In this document: positions 16,539-25,876 of the stretch, piece after piece
Numbering within the stretch: position 1 is the stretch's first letter
Layout of the letters: each line of letters starts with the position of its first letter
Origin: Planctomycetaceae bacterium
Lineage (GTDB): Bacteria > Planctomycetota > Planctomycetia > Planctomycetales > Planctomycetaceae
Direction: 5' to 3'
Length of the DNA: 43,423 nt
Assembly (NCBI GenBank): GCA_041742495.1
Contig: JBGSIP010000227.1
Location: 1-43,423, forward strand
Translations under genes and position numbers: made by a program
Notes under the pieces: model-generated
The model's input: only the letters and a program-made list of their open reading frames with translations
What the model was told of the DNA's origin: nothing
Database searches by the model: none

Positions 16539-19221
16539 GGTCCAATCCCCTTTCGGGCTGGTTCCTGGTATTGGCCTGCTGCATCAAATGGTGTTGCTGG
16601 GCAACGGCTGCCAGTTGCTGGGCGGTCGTCTGGTGTTTTCCAAGCCGATCCGGCCCCGTCGGTTTGCCGTTCATCGATTCAGCAAGTTGCGTTGCCGACA
16701 TCGGATCATCCAGCCGCATCACCGCCTTGAGCAGTTCCGTCCGGTCGTCGGTGTATATCAGCGCCTGTTCCTTGCCGCGTGTCACGGCCACATACGCGGT
16801 CCGCTGGTAGGTCGCCGGGAAGGACTGGGAGGACAGGCCGATCATCACCTTGTCCACGGTAAGGCCCTGACTTGAGTGGCTGGTCACGACGTAACCGTGA
16901 GCGAGGTGGCCGAAATCCCGGTCGATGATCCAGCCGCGATCCACGATGATGTCGCCGCGCTTGGTGAATCCCGCGACGGTGAACAGCGACCCGTTGCTCA
17001 GGCGATGCTTGCCGTCCTTCGTCTTGCCGCCTGCCGTGATCCGCACGCGGTCGCCGACCGCCAGCGCAATCTCTCGCGGCCGGTATACCTCGAAGCGTTC
17101 GGCAAGGCCCGTCGGCGGCGTCACGCCGTCGGCCACCGTTAGCCGCGATCCTTTGGCGTGCCCTTTCGCATTTTGAAAGAACTGGAGCATGTCGCCATTC
17201 TCGTACTGTGTCGCATCGGCTTTCTGGGCTTCCGTCAGGTGCGTCGGCACCCAGGCATTGACCAGGCGTTCCTTGCCCAGCTTGTCCTGTTCCTTGAGGC
17301 CGGCACGGATGGCGGACGTGATGCGATCCGCTTCGGCGTGCGTCGGCGACACGACGAGGGCCGTCTTGTGTTCCCCGCCGCGCTTCGTTTCGGCCACCGC
17401 CGCCAGATACGCCGCCGACAACTGCTCGTAGCGTTCGGCGTCGGGGACTTCCCTGATCCAGCCGAGCTTGTCCAACTCCTCGAACGCTTCCGCCGTCCGG
17501 CCCTCGCTTAAGTCGCGGGCAGCTTTCTTGTAATCGCCTTGCTGCCGCAGGATCTCCGTGACTTCGGCCACCGGCAGCCCGGCCAGTTCTTCCAGCAGCT
17601 TGAGCGGCTCACCCGCCGTGACGCTGCGGTGTTGCCGGCGATCCCCCACGAGGATCACGCGGGCGTTGACCGCTTCGGCCACGCCAAACACCTTCAACAT
17701 GTCGCGGGAGCCAAGCTGGCTTGCCTCATCGACGAGAATGACGCCGCCCTTGACGGCTTGCTGCATCTGCTCGTCCTTGAGGAACCTGGCCACGGTGTCG
17801 GCATGGGCGAACCCTGCCTCTTCGCGGAGCACTTCCCTACTGGCCTTGACTGACTGCGCCAGCGCGGCAACCGGTCGGCCTGCTTCGGCGAGCGCTTCGC
17901 CGATCTCCTGCTCAAGGGTCGTCTTGCCGGTGCCCGCCACGCCGCGAATGACCATCACGCGGTCGCGGGAACCGAGGACGTGCTTGACAGCAGCCTTCTG
18001 CCCTTCGTTGAACCAATTGCGGGAGACGGGCCGCTTCGGATCGCCCAGCGGTCGGCAGCGTCCGCGACCATCACGGGCGAATTCGATGAGCTTCGATTCC
18101 AGCCCGAGCATTTCATTCGTGGTCACCATCCTGCGCCCGGTCACTTCGCTGGTTATCAAAGGGCGATTCCGCACTTCCTTATGCACGCCCACGACCGTGA
18201 CCGCGCCCAGCCCGCGCTTGAGCGCCTCAGTAGCGATCTTGCGTTCCGGCACCACCGCCTCACGCACGAAGCAATGCGAAATTGCATGATCGACCGCTTG
18301 CGTCTCCGCACGCTCCAACCTCGCCACTGGTTTCTCGCGGCGATGCACGGAAGCGAGCGTATTGCGTTCCTCGTCGGTGAGGCGAGCGTTCCATTCCTTG
18401 CGGAGCGATTCCCAGCCCAGTGCCTTTCCTTTTTTCTCGCGGGTTTCGGCCCCGAGTTCCGCCTTGCGGTCGGGACTGGTGATGCCTTTCTCCTCGGCAA
18501 GCTTCTCGATCAGCGCCGTGCGCCGCGAGAAGCGTTTCAGCACATCCTTGGGAATCCCGGCGATCTCGAAATCGTCCCGCTTGCGCTCCACGCCGAAGCC
18601 GATGTCCTGAAGTTTGTTGGCCAGCCGCACCCGGAACGCTGCCTGGAAATACGGTGCATCCCGCTTCAGTTCGCGGAACTGGCCCGCCTTCCAGCGTTCC
18701 TCGTCCTGGTCCCAGGTGGTGTTGAACGCGAAGACGTGCGCATGCAATTGCGGATCGGGGAGTCCGTCAACAGGCCGGGAGGTGGTGTGGATGAATTCGG
18801 CCCAAACCATGTTGCCCGTGGTGCGGTCGGTGTCCTGGCCCTTCCGGCGGACGCGCGTACGCATTTCACCCTCGATCTCACGCATCGTATCATCGACGGA
18901 TGCGCGGAAGGCATCCATGATGCCCTGGTCGCCGCTCATGGCGTACAGAAGGGAAACCGACTTGGGCACGGAGAAGGTGAAATCGTAACCAACCGTCCGT
19001 TCCGCCCGCGTCCTGACGGTGAGCGGCTCGCCCGTTTTCGGGTCGAGGTTGTCACACAACCGCTCGAAGGAGAATTTGTCTACCGTCCCGGAGAGCCCGA
19101 GCCGGGATGCGCCCTTGCCGCCCCACAAGCCGACCAGTTCCTGTCCTTCACTGTAATAATCTGCTGTAGCGTAGTAACGCTTGGCTCCAGATGCACAATC
19201 CTGTTGCGAGATTCGGATCAT
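16528..19221 (-). CDS. MobF-family (TrwC/TraI-like) conjugative relaxase fused to a RecD-like helicase
   Basis: An N-terminal Tyr pair sits in 'AKRYYATADYYSEG'. The 3-His motif is 'HTTSRPVDGLPDPQLHAHVFAFN'. The helicase part has Walker A 'GVAGTGKTT', Walker B 'VILVDEASQL' and C-terminal 'GYVVTSHSSQGLTVD'. Confidence 0.9.
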   Translation of the reverse strand: MIRISQQDCASGAKRYYATADYYSEGQELVGLWGGKGASRLGLSGTVDKFSFERLCDNLDPKTGEPLTVRTRAERTVGYDFTFSVPKSVSLLYAMSGDQGIMDAFRASVDDTMREIEGEMRTRVRRKGQDTDRTTGNMVWAEFIHTTSRPVDGLPDPQLHAHVFAFNTTWDQDEERWKAGQFRELKRDAPYFQAAFRVRLANKLQDIGFGVERKRDDFEIAGIPKDVLKRFSRRTALIEKLAEEKGITSPDRKAELGAETREKKGKALGWESLRKEWNARLTDEERNTLASVHRREKPVARLERAETQAVDHAISHCFVREAVVPERKIATEALKRGLGAVTVVGVHKEVRNRPLITSEVTGRRMVTTNEMLGLESKLIEFARDGRGRCRPLGDPKRPVSRNWFNEGQKAAVKHVLGSRDRVMVIRGVAGTGKTTLEQEIGEALAEAGRPVAALAQSVKASREVLREEAGFAHADTVARFLKDEQMQQAVKGGVILVDEASQLGSRDMLKVFGVAEAVNARVILVGDRRQHRSVTAGEPLKLLEELAGLPVAEVTEILRQQGDYKKAARDLSEGRTAEAFEELDKLGWIREVPDAERYEQLSAAYLAAVAETKRGGEHKTALVVSPTHAEADRITSAIRAGLKEQDKLGKERLVNAWVPTHLTEAQKADATQYENGDMLQFFQNAKGHAKGSRLTVADGVTPPTGLAERFEVYRPREIALAVGDRVRITAGGKTKDGKHRLSNGSLFTVAGFTKRGDIIVDRGWIIDRDFGHLAHGYVVTSHSSQGLTVDKVMIGLSSQSFPATYQRTAYVAVTRGKEQALIYTDDRTELLKAVMRLDDPMSATQLAESMNGKPTGPDRLGKHQTTAQQLAAVAQQHHLMQQANTRNQPERGLDHER

Positions 19222-19360
19222 GCCTAATTTTATCGTAGCACGCGAGCGTTAACGAAAAGTTAACGATGATGCTGTAACCCGCAGCCAGCCTACGTTTGCG
19301 AGGTATCTATATTGTGAAATGTCACTGATATGTCACCGCAATATCAGTGCATCATGGCCG
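19222..19360. promoter_or_regulatory. Candidate oriT / relaxase promoter region
   Basis: It lies directly upstream of the relaxase start. GTTAACGA is a direct repeat (19248-19255, 19259-19266). ATGTCAC is a direct repeat (19318-19324, 19330-19336). A 9-bp inverted repeat CACTGATAT (19323-19331) / ATATCAGTG (19341-19349) is present in locally AT-rich sequence. Confidence 0.4.
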
Positions 19361-19731
19361 CCCTCGAACTTGGCCGGACAGGTTTTTTCCCGCTGCCCTT
19401 GACTGCCTTCCCGGACACTTTGTTACAGGCCGCATTTTTACTTCTTCAACCGCTGGGTGTGGCCGTGGCAGGGCTTTTGGGCACCTCGCCATCGTGGCGA
19501 CCGGGTGCCTGCGGGCTTGCGCTCTCGCACGGTCCTGCCGGACGCTGGACGCCCCTGCGGCCTCCTGGTGCAAGCCATTTGCCATGAAGCGACGCACGAC
19601 CGGCACCAATGAGCAATGGCAATGGCTATGGCGGTAAGCGCTATTGACGACCGTCTTTGTCCGACCATTTGACATATACGCGCTTTCGCCGCACACTGCA
19701 TGCCGTGTTGATCGCAGGGTGACCATAACTC

Positions 19732-20865
19732 ATGAACGAGGATGCAATAAGGAATACGCAACCAGGTCGGCGTGTGTTTACGACGCTGGATGGCATCAGG
19801 GGGGTGGCGGCGATTCTTGTTGCGATGCTGCACACCGAGTCGTTCTTCGGCATCGGCCGGCTTGAGCAAACGCATCTTGCCGTGGATATTTTCTTCTTGC
19901 TAAGCGGAGTTGTGATTGCCAATGCCTACGAGCAACGGCTACTCGCAGGCATGGGAACGTGGCGCTTTACCGTGATTAGGGCAATCCGCATATACCCACT
20001 GTATGTTCTGGCCAGCACCATCACCCTTCTTGCCATGTTCTTCGGTATTGCCGACGAAGTACAGGTGGGCAATGTTGCTCTGTGCATAATCCTGGCACTA
20101 ACGCTGTTGCCGAATCCCTTCACCATCAACGGCAAGATCTATCCGCTTGACGGACCTGCCTGGACGCTCTTCTTTGAAATGGCGGCCAATATCGCCTACG
20201 CCGCATGTATCCGTTTTCTAAATATCCGCAATCTGCTCGCCGTAATGGGTACGTCAGCAATCGGACTCATGATCGCGCTCTACCTGAAGGATAACCACAG
20301 CCTGGCCCTTGGCTGGACGATGAAGGGATTCCCATTTGGTTTCTTCCGGGTTGGTTACTCCTTCTTTGCAGGTGTACTTCTATTTCGCATCTTCACTGCG
20401 GGCGTCGCTCCGCTCCCTATCAGTGCAAAGCATCAACATTATGCGTCGATCCTGATACTTTCCGTCATAGGGGCAATACTTGCCAGCGACCCATCGGACG
20501 CCGTTCGTCCATATTTCGACTTCGTATTTGTAACGATCGTGTTCCCGGCCATCATCTACTGCGCGCTGTGGTGCGAGCCATCGGGCATGGTCGCCATCGT
20601 GTTCAGGGCATTGGGCGCAATCTCCTATGCCCTGTATGTGCTGCATCAGCCAATCGCAAGAGTAGTTCATAACGTCCTTGACCTTCACGGCGTCAAGGTT
20701 GAAACGTATGCTCCTTACGCGGGAATCTATCTGCTTCTGGGACTCGGTGCGCTATGCCTGGTGCTTGACAGAGTCTTTGACTCTCCGGTCCGCCGGTGGC
20801 TGCTGTGTCGTTTTGCAGCGGGGGATAAGCGTCAAAACGCCGGAGGCCGTAAGAGTGCTGCGTAG
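19732..20865 (+). CDS. Acyltransferase family 3 (OafA/YrhL-like) integral membrane protein
   Basis: 'LDGIRGVAAILVAMLH...DIFFLLSGVVI' matches the Acyl_transf_3 N-terminal motif, followed by about 10 hydrophobic segments. Confidence 0.8.
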   Translation: MNEDAIRNTQPGRRVFTTLDGIRGVAAILVAMLHTESFFGIGRLEQTHLAVDIFFLLSGVVIANAYEQRLLAGMGTWRFTVIRAIRIYPLYVLASTITLLAMFFGIADEVQVGNVALCIILALTLLPNPFTINGKIYPLDGPAWTLFFEMAANIAYAACIRFLNIRNLLAVMGTSAIGLMIALYLKDNHSLALGWTMKGFPFGFFRVGYSFFAGVLLFRIFTAGVAPLPISAKHQHYASILILSVIGAILASDPSDAVRPYFDFVFVTIVFPAIIYCALWCEPSGMVAIVFRALGAISYALYVLHQPIARVVHNVLDLHGVKVETYAPYAGIYLLLGLGALCLVLDRVFDSPVRRWLLCRFAAGDKRQNAGGRKSAA

Positions 20866-21235
20866 CCGTTCCGCTGCTTTTGTTTGACGGTCCAAGGTCG
20901 CGATGATGTTCCCGCCCTGGCATCTGTGAGTCGCGATCTCCCGGCTAGCCCAGAATCGTGCTTGCCAGATTCCATGACTCACTCCGCTACGACTAACTGG
21001 TACTCACGGTTAGCCATCTCTCCTTCCCCGGCATGAGCCAGCCCCGCACCTGGGCCTTCACGACGGCACTTTGACCCCGCCGCCGGGCGGATCAAGCTGC
21101 CAAGGCCGCTTTCCGCAGGCGGAAGCCTTCGGCCTTTCGCTTGACCGGCGCTCACGCTCCCGGCTGAGGCGGGCTCCTGGGACGTGCCGTAAGGCCCCGA
21201 TGGTCGGGGCTGAAACTCAAGAGAAGGAGATCAAC

Positions 21236-21496
21236 ATGTCAAAACCCGCTCATAAGCTCCGCATGGGAGTTCTGCAAGTCACCATCTGGCGGAACCACAG
21301 CGAGAAGGGCAACTGGTACAGCGTCATTCCAGCACGCGGCTACAAGCAAGGCGACGAGACCTGGAAGGAAACTGACAGCCTCGGGTCCGACGACCTGCTG
21401 ACGATGGCCAAGCTGCTCGACATGGCCCACACCTGGATCATGCACCAGCAAGCCGCCGACGCCAAGGCCCGCCGGGAATCCCAGCAGGCAGCTTAA
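21236..21496 (+). CDS. Hypothetical 86-aa protein
   Basis: I used the internal ATG at 21236, preceded by a strong SD (GAGAAGGAGA). The longer ORF from 21071 is Arg/Pro/Gly-rich and implausible. Confidence 0.6.
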   Translation: MSKPAHKLRMGVLQVTIWRNHSEKGNWYSVIPARGYKQGDETWKETDSLGSDDLLTMAKLLDMAHTWIMHQQAADAKARRESQQAA

Positions 21497-21552
21497 TCGC
21501 ATTAACCGGGCGGCCCGGCAACGGGTCGCCCATAGCGAAAGGAATCGCAACT

Positions 21553-21942
21553 ATGAAAGTTTTTGACAACTACGAAATCAGTCCATGCCGCCGCTACGAA
21601 GAGCCGGACAGTCCGGGCAAATTCTACTTCGAGGTGTGCGAGCCGCACGAAGCCGACGTGTGGACGCTATACGGTCACATCAACGGCGAAGGCGTCGAAG
21701 CCATCGGCGACTTTCCCACATGCGACGTTGCCGAAGAGGTCTTCTTCAAAATCACCGGAACCAGGTTCACCGGCTCCTACCAGGCAGAGGAACACCTGCG
21801 GGTCATGCACGCCGGGCCGAAGTTGCTGGAGGCTTTGAAGACCGCATCCGAATGGATCGACGCGCAACACTTCGTGCAGCGTACCCTGATCCAGGCAACC
21901 ATCCGTCAGGCAATCGCGGAAGCGACCGGGAGGGCATCATGA
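21553..21942 (+). CDS. Hypothetical 129-aa protein
   Basis: Clean ORF whose stop overlaps the next start (ATGA at 21939-21942). Confidence 0.55.
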   Translation: MKVFDNYEISPCRRYEEPDSPGKFYFEVCEPHEADVWTLYGHINGEGVEAIGDFPTCDVAEEVFFKITGTRFTGSYQAEEHLRVMHAGPKLLEALKTASEWIDAQHFVQRTLIQATIRQAIAEATGRAS

Positions 21943-22409
21943 GCACATTTGCGCCCGCACCCTGGAGCTACATGTATAGCCCTTACACCGTCCGCGATCC
22001 GGGCACGGATGCCAGCAGCAACGTGGGCGACGAACTCCCTGCGTTCGAGGTTTTCGATGCCGATTGCACCAAAGTCTTCGACACCAATGAAGACACACCG
22101 GCCGAACTCCAGGAGGCCAACGCACGCCTTGGTTCAACCGCACCACGTCTGCTCACAGCGCTGGTTGCCTGTGCCAACCTGCTTGCTGACTACGACGAGG
22201 CGGAGGGAGAGGAAGGCCAGGCGTACCGGGAAGCTGTCGCCGCCATCGAAGAAGCGGCCGGTGGTGCGCCGGATGCCCCGCCATCGATCATCATCGAAGT
22301 TCGAGGCGGCGTCGTGCAGGACGTGCTCAACGTACCTCCTGGAATCGGGTACGAAATCCGCGACTACGACAACACGGACGAATCCGCTGAATCAGGGAGG
22401 CCGGCATGA
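21939..22409 (+). CDS. Hypothetical 156-aa acidic protein
   Basis: It starts at 'MSTFAPAPWSY...' within the longer ORF 21585..22409 and is translationally coupled on both sides. Confidence 0.55.
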   Translation: MSTFAPAPWSYMYSPYTVRDPGTDASSNVGDELPAFEVFDADCTKVFDTNEDTPAELQEANARLGSTAPRLLTALVACANLLADYDEAEGEEGQAYREAVAAIEEAAGGAPDAPPSIIIEVRGGVVQDVLNVPPGIGYEIRDYDNTDESAESGRPA

Positions 22410-22840
22410 CAAACACGAACTGCCTGGAAGGCATCCGCTGCCCGAAGTGCGGCCAGGGAGACCGGTTCTTCATCCACGCATCCATTACCGCCGAAGTTAC
22501 AGACGACGGTGCGGAGGTCGCACGCTGGCCACGCGGTGACATCGAATGGGACCGTAACAGCGCCACCGAGTGCGCTGAGTGCGGGTATTCAGCTTGCCTC
22601 AAGCACTTCCGCAAGCTTCCACCCGATCCCGAGGGAATGAATGACAAACGTGCCGCCTGGGCAGGTGCCTCGCTCCGCACGTTCATCGACGAGACAGGAG
22701 TGGATGAAGAGGATGCCCTCGGCGACCTGCTTTGCGACCTGAAGCACTGGTCAGACCGCCACGACTACGACTTCGATGCAGCCCTTGATCGTGCTCGCTT
22801 TCATTACGAGGCGGAGACGGGCGGAGAACCGCCCTTTTAG
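22406..22840 (+). CDS. Hypothetical zinc-ribbon protein
   Basis: CPKC...(about 40 aa)...CAEC is a four-Cys pattern. Its start overlaps the previous stop (ATGA). Confidence 0.55.
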   Translation: MTNTNCLEGIRCPKCGQGDRFFIHASITAEVTDDGAEVARWPRGDIEWDRNSATECAECGYSACLKHFRKLPPDPEGMNDKRAAWAGASLRTFIDETGVDEEDALGDLLCDLKHWSDRHDYDFDAALDRARFHYEAETGGEPPF

Positions 22841-22950
22841 ACTCCACTACCGTCGGGGCCTGCCCGACAGGCTCCGGCTCCAGAGAGCACTTGTTTGACA
22901 CGATCCGGCGATGGGTCTATACCCGCTTGGAACAACCCTTCAGGCCCACC

Positions 22951-23199
22951 ATGTCCAACCAATCCGAGATCGCTCGCAGAATTCAAGTCGGTGACAACGT
23001 TGCCTACACCAAAGCCTTCCTTGACCGCCAGCATGTCGGTGCGGAAGTGGCTATGTCTGCCCAGGGCAAGGTAATAGCCCTGCATCGCCTCGAAAGCGGC
23101 ATCCTCCTGGCCGAAATCGCATGGAACAAGCCCGGCCTACCCAAGCGTGTCAACATGAAGTACTTGACCAGGAGAAAAGCCGCTGCCCTCGCGGAATGA
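22951..23199 (+). CDS. Hypothetical 82-aa protein
   Basis: I used the internal start 'MSNQSEIARRIQVGDNV...'. No motif was recognised. Confidence 0.4.
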   Translation: MSNQSEIARRIQVGDNVAYTKAFLDRQHVGAEVAMSAQGKVIALHRLESGILLAEIAWNKPGLPKRVNMKYLTRRKAAALAE

Positions 23200-23567
23200 C
23201 CGGCACCTGTAAGTCGTTCTGCCTTTTCGACGGATTGATGCGTTATTTCTTTCCGCGTTTCTTCCGTGGACACGATCCAAGTCCAGTTGCCTCAATCTAT
23301 GGGCGTCTCAGCATCCATGCTGACCGGGTGACTCCGGGCTCCGCGTACGCTCGGTCGGAGTACCGACGGCTATCGCCCCCTCCAGCCCCCTGACGTGAAA
23401 AACCGGGGGTGAATCGCCCGCGGATTTCAAGGATACCTGCCAAACGCACTTGAGAGAAATCGCGGAAACACGAAAGGCACCGGGAATGATCCATTCCGCC
23501 AGGGAGTGGATTGTACGTCTCCGCTCAAGGGCCGCATCCCGCTGCTGCTCGAACCCGGCTTAAGAAC

Positions 23568-23601
23568 CCGGAAAACCGGCTCGTCCTGCCCGGTTTTCCG
23601 G
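23568..23601. repeat. Perfect 12-bp inverted repeat in the long non-coding gap
   Basis: CCGGAAAACCGG (23568-23579) and CCGGTTTTCCGG (23590-23601) are separated by a 10-nt spacer. Confidence 0.6.
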
Positions 23602-24297
23602 TCGCCGGTTTCGAGACTCCCCCTTGATCTCCGACAAAGACCGTTCCACTTATCAGGCGGAATGGGTCAAATTCGCTCACGGATTCAGGCACCGCCCAAT
23701 CATTACCGACCGACTCTCCGCCGTCCGTCCTTGACTCCGCTCCCCCTTGCATCTTGCCCCCTGTGCCGGTTGCTGCCTCGCGGTCAACCCGGACATAGAT
23801 ATAAGAGTCGCTCCCAGCGTCGGTGTTGACCGAGGCTGGCGGCATTATCCCATCGCACTGCAACACGCTCCCCATGCGTGATGCATCCACGTCCGTATGC
23901 CTCATGGTCCGGTGTGGTGGATGCGTTTTCTGAAGGTATTGCTTTTCCATTTTGGTTCAGGCGTCTTCCCTATGCACTGCATAGGTTGGCTGGAACGGTT
24001 CCAGCGGTCAGACGCCTGCCAAGCTCGGTGTCGCAGGGGCTATCCGGCCGTGTTCACTGGATGCCGGACGCGCCCCTTTTGTGCAGTTGCGAACCTCGCT
24101 TGGATTCGCCCTCCGTGTTGCCACTTGCCGATGCCGTTTGACGGCTCTGGGCACTGGTACCGGAGGGCGAAAAACGCAACAAAGCCACCCGCCACAAGGC
24201 CAGGGATTCCGCCGCTGTCGCAATGCAGCAACGCGGAGACACCATATTTTCTGCGGCTTTCCGCGTGTCAATACCCCGCAAACCCGCAGTTCGCCTA

Positions 24298-24326
24298 TTG
24301 CGCGAGAAATTGCACAGTGCTACAAT
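24298..24326 (+). promoter_or_regulatory. Candidate sigma70-type promoter
   Basis: TTGCGC (24298-24303), a 17-nt spacer, then TACAAT (24321-24326). It lies 52 nt upstream of ATG 24379, which has SD AAGGAGG. Confidence 0.45.
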
Positions 24327-24378
24327 CCGAAATAGGGGTTAAGGAATTTCCCCTCATATCTACAAGGAGGTTTTCATC

Positions 24379-24855
24379 ATGTCACGCAAGCGCAAACAAG
24401 ACAAAGAACCATCAACTACCACCACGTCGGAAACCGCCGCGCCAGAAGCCGGCACAGCAGTCGCAGAACCGCCCGCCGTTGCCAATGACAACCATGAGGC
24501 AGCCGACGCGGCCAACGATAACCGCCCTTCATTTGCCGAGCGGGTTGGCCAGAGGATGCGGACTTCCGCAGCCGATCCCTTCGTTATCGCCGCGGACCAC
24601 GTTGTTGGTGTCCGCCTCTATGAAAGCAGGCGCGACCGCCAGATGGCGATCAAGTTCGAGGAGAAGCCCAGCCGTGCCGTGCTCGACACGATGCGCGACG
24701 CAGGGTGGGTGTGGAAGCAAGCCGACAAGATTTGGGCACATGCCATCACGCCGGATAACGCCGCAACCACACGGGTGAAGGCCGAGCGGCTCTACCAGGA
24801 GGTCTGCAATATGATCCGGCAGGAGATAGGTGCCGGACGCGAAGTGCCGTTCTAA
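24379..24855 (+). CDS. Hypothetical 158-aa protein
   Basis: Strong SD (AAGGAGG). The N-terminus is disordered and Thr/Ala/Glu-rich, and the C-terminal half looks folded. Confidence 0.6.
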   Translation: MSRKRKQDKEPSTTTTSETAAPEAGTAVAEPPAVANDNHEAADAANDNRPSFAERVGQRMRTSAADPFVIAADHVVGVRLYESRRDRQMAIKFEEKPSRAVLDTMRDAGWVWKQADKIWAHAITPDNAATTRVKAERLYQEVCNMIRQEIGAGREVPF

Positions 24856-24879
24856 CTGGGTTTGGTCACCGAGGCGATC

Positions 24880-25083
24880 ATGACCTTTCCTCCCACCTAT
24901 CACCTTCAGGACCTTGGCTCCCAGGCGCAGTCGATGGCGAGAAACTGCGGCAACGAACGCACCGCGATGGTCATGCAGTACGTCGCACTGGGCTGCATGA
25001 TTGTGATGGCAGGCGTTGCCGCCAGCCACGTACTTAAAGAGGCATTCGGCCCGACCGACCATCACCGGGGCCGGGGGCGGTGA
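24880..25083 (+). CDS. Possible small membrane protein (67 aa)
   Basis: ATG at 24880 with GAGG upstream. One hydrophobic segment 'VMQYVALGCMIVMAGVAA'. Confidence 0.4.
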   Translation: MTFPPTYHLQDLGSQAQSMARNCGNERTAMVMQYVALGCMIVMAGVAASHVLKEAFGPTDHHRGRGR

Positions 25084-25289
25084 TGGTAGCACCATGCAGG
25101 GCCGTCACCGCTATCCACAATCAGACGACAGGCTGAAGCAGCAGGCAAAGCCGTCCAGGGTGGAGGCGCTCCCTTGACATATGCCGAAGAAACCTCCCAA
25201 CTGGGACCAGCCCACGCTATTTCCCGACGACCCTGACGATTCCACTCGCCAGCCGAATTCAATAACAACAACCGATGAAGGAGACCAAC

Positions 25290-25607
25290 ATGCAGTACAA
25301 GACCATCGTTCTCGAACTCCTGCAACAACGGCCGGAGATGCACGAGCAACTTCGGAAGGACCGAAAGCTGCTAACGACAATGGAGAGTTACGCCAGGGAT
25401 CTGAAGAGCAGCCACGAAGCATGGAAGGAGACGCTCGGCCAGGAGAGGCCGGGCAGCGACCAGAGCCAGATCGCGAGCGAGGCCCTGGAGATGGCCCTCA
25501 AGGATTTGGAGGATCGTTTGCCCAGCGCGTCACATCCCAGCGACAACGAACCGCTCTCCCTCGACGCAGCAATGGCGTTCATCCGCAATCACACGTCGCG
25601 CGGCTGA
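25290..25607 (+). CDS. Hypothetical 105-aa helical protein
   Basis: SD GAAGGAG lies 6 nt upstream of the ATG. The composition (K/E/L-rich) is protein-like. It overlaps, out of frame, the low-complexity 5' extension of the giant ORF. Confidence 0.55.
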   Translation: MQYKTIVLELLQQRPEMHEQLRKDRKLLTTMESYARDLKSSHEAWKETLGQERPGSDQSQIASEALEMALKDLEDRLPSASHPSDNEPLSLDAAMAFIRNHTSRG

Positions 25608-25876
25608 AAGCATCGCGGAACCAGCCGAGTCTTTTTGATCCCGTCTTCGGCGATTCTCCTCCCGACACTCCAGCCCCGCCTGGGTCCATAGGCGACGGCA
25701 CTGTACTCAGCCCGCCGGGCCGTGCAAGCGGAAACCCGGTTCCCCCTGAAGGTCTCCCCCAACTTTCCGCTGGCACGGTCGCTACGCGAGCGGAGCCCCG
25801 GCTCAATGCTGAGTCCCTGGCGTGCCGTGAGGCCCCGACGGCGGGGCCGGAAACGCCAAGGGAAGGAGACCGTGCC

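Noticed and set aside
17558-19227. 243-aa and 415-aa plus-strand ORFs
   Set aside because: They are antisense to the relaxase gene, have low-complexity composition, and lack an SD.
23525-24778. ORFs 23525..23950(-) and 23897..24778(+) in the long gap
   Set aside because: Neither has an SD, their composition is odd, and the plus-strand ORF runs out of frame through the SD-equipped gene at 24379. I treated the region as non-coding, with a caveat (see findings).
25173-25200. TTGACA box upstream of the 105-aa ORF as a promoter
   Set aside because: No acceptable -10 hexamer lies at 16-18 nt spacing (only CCAACT), so I did not list it as a feature.
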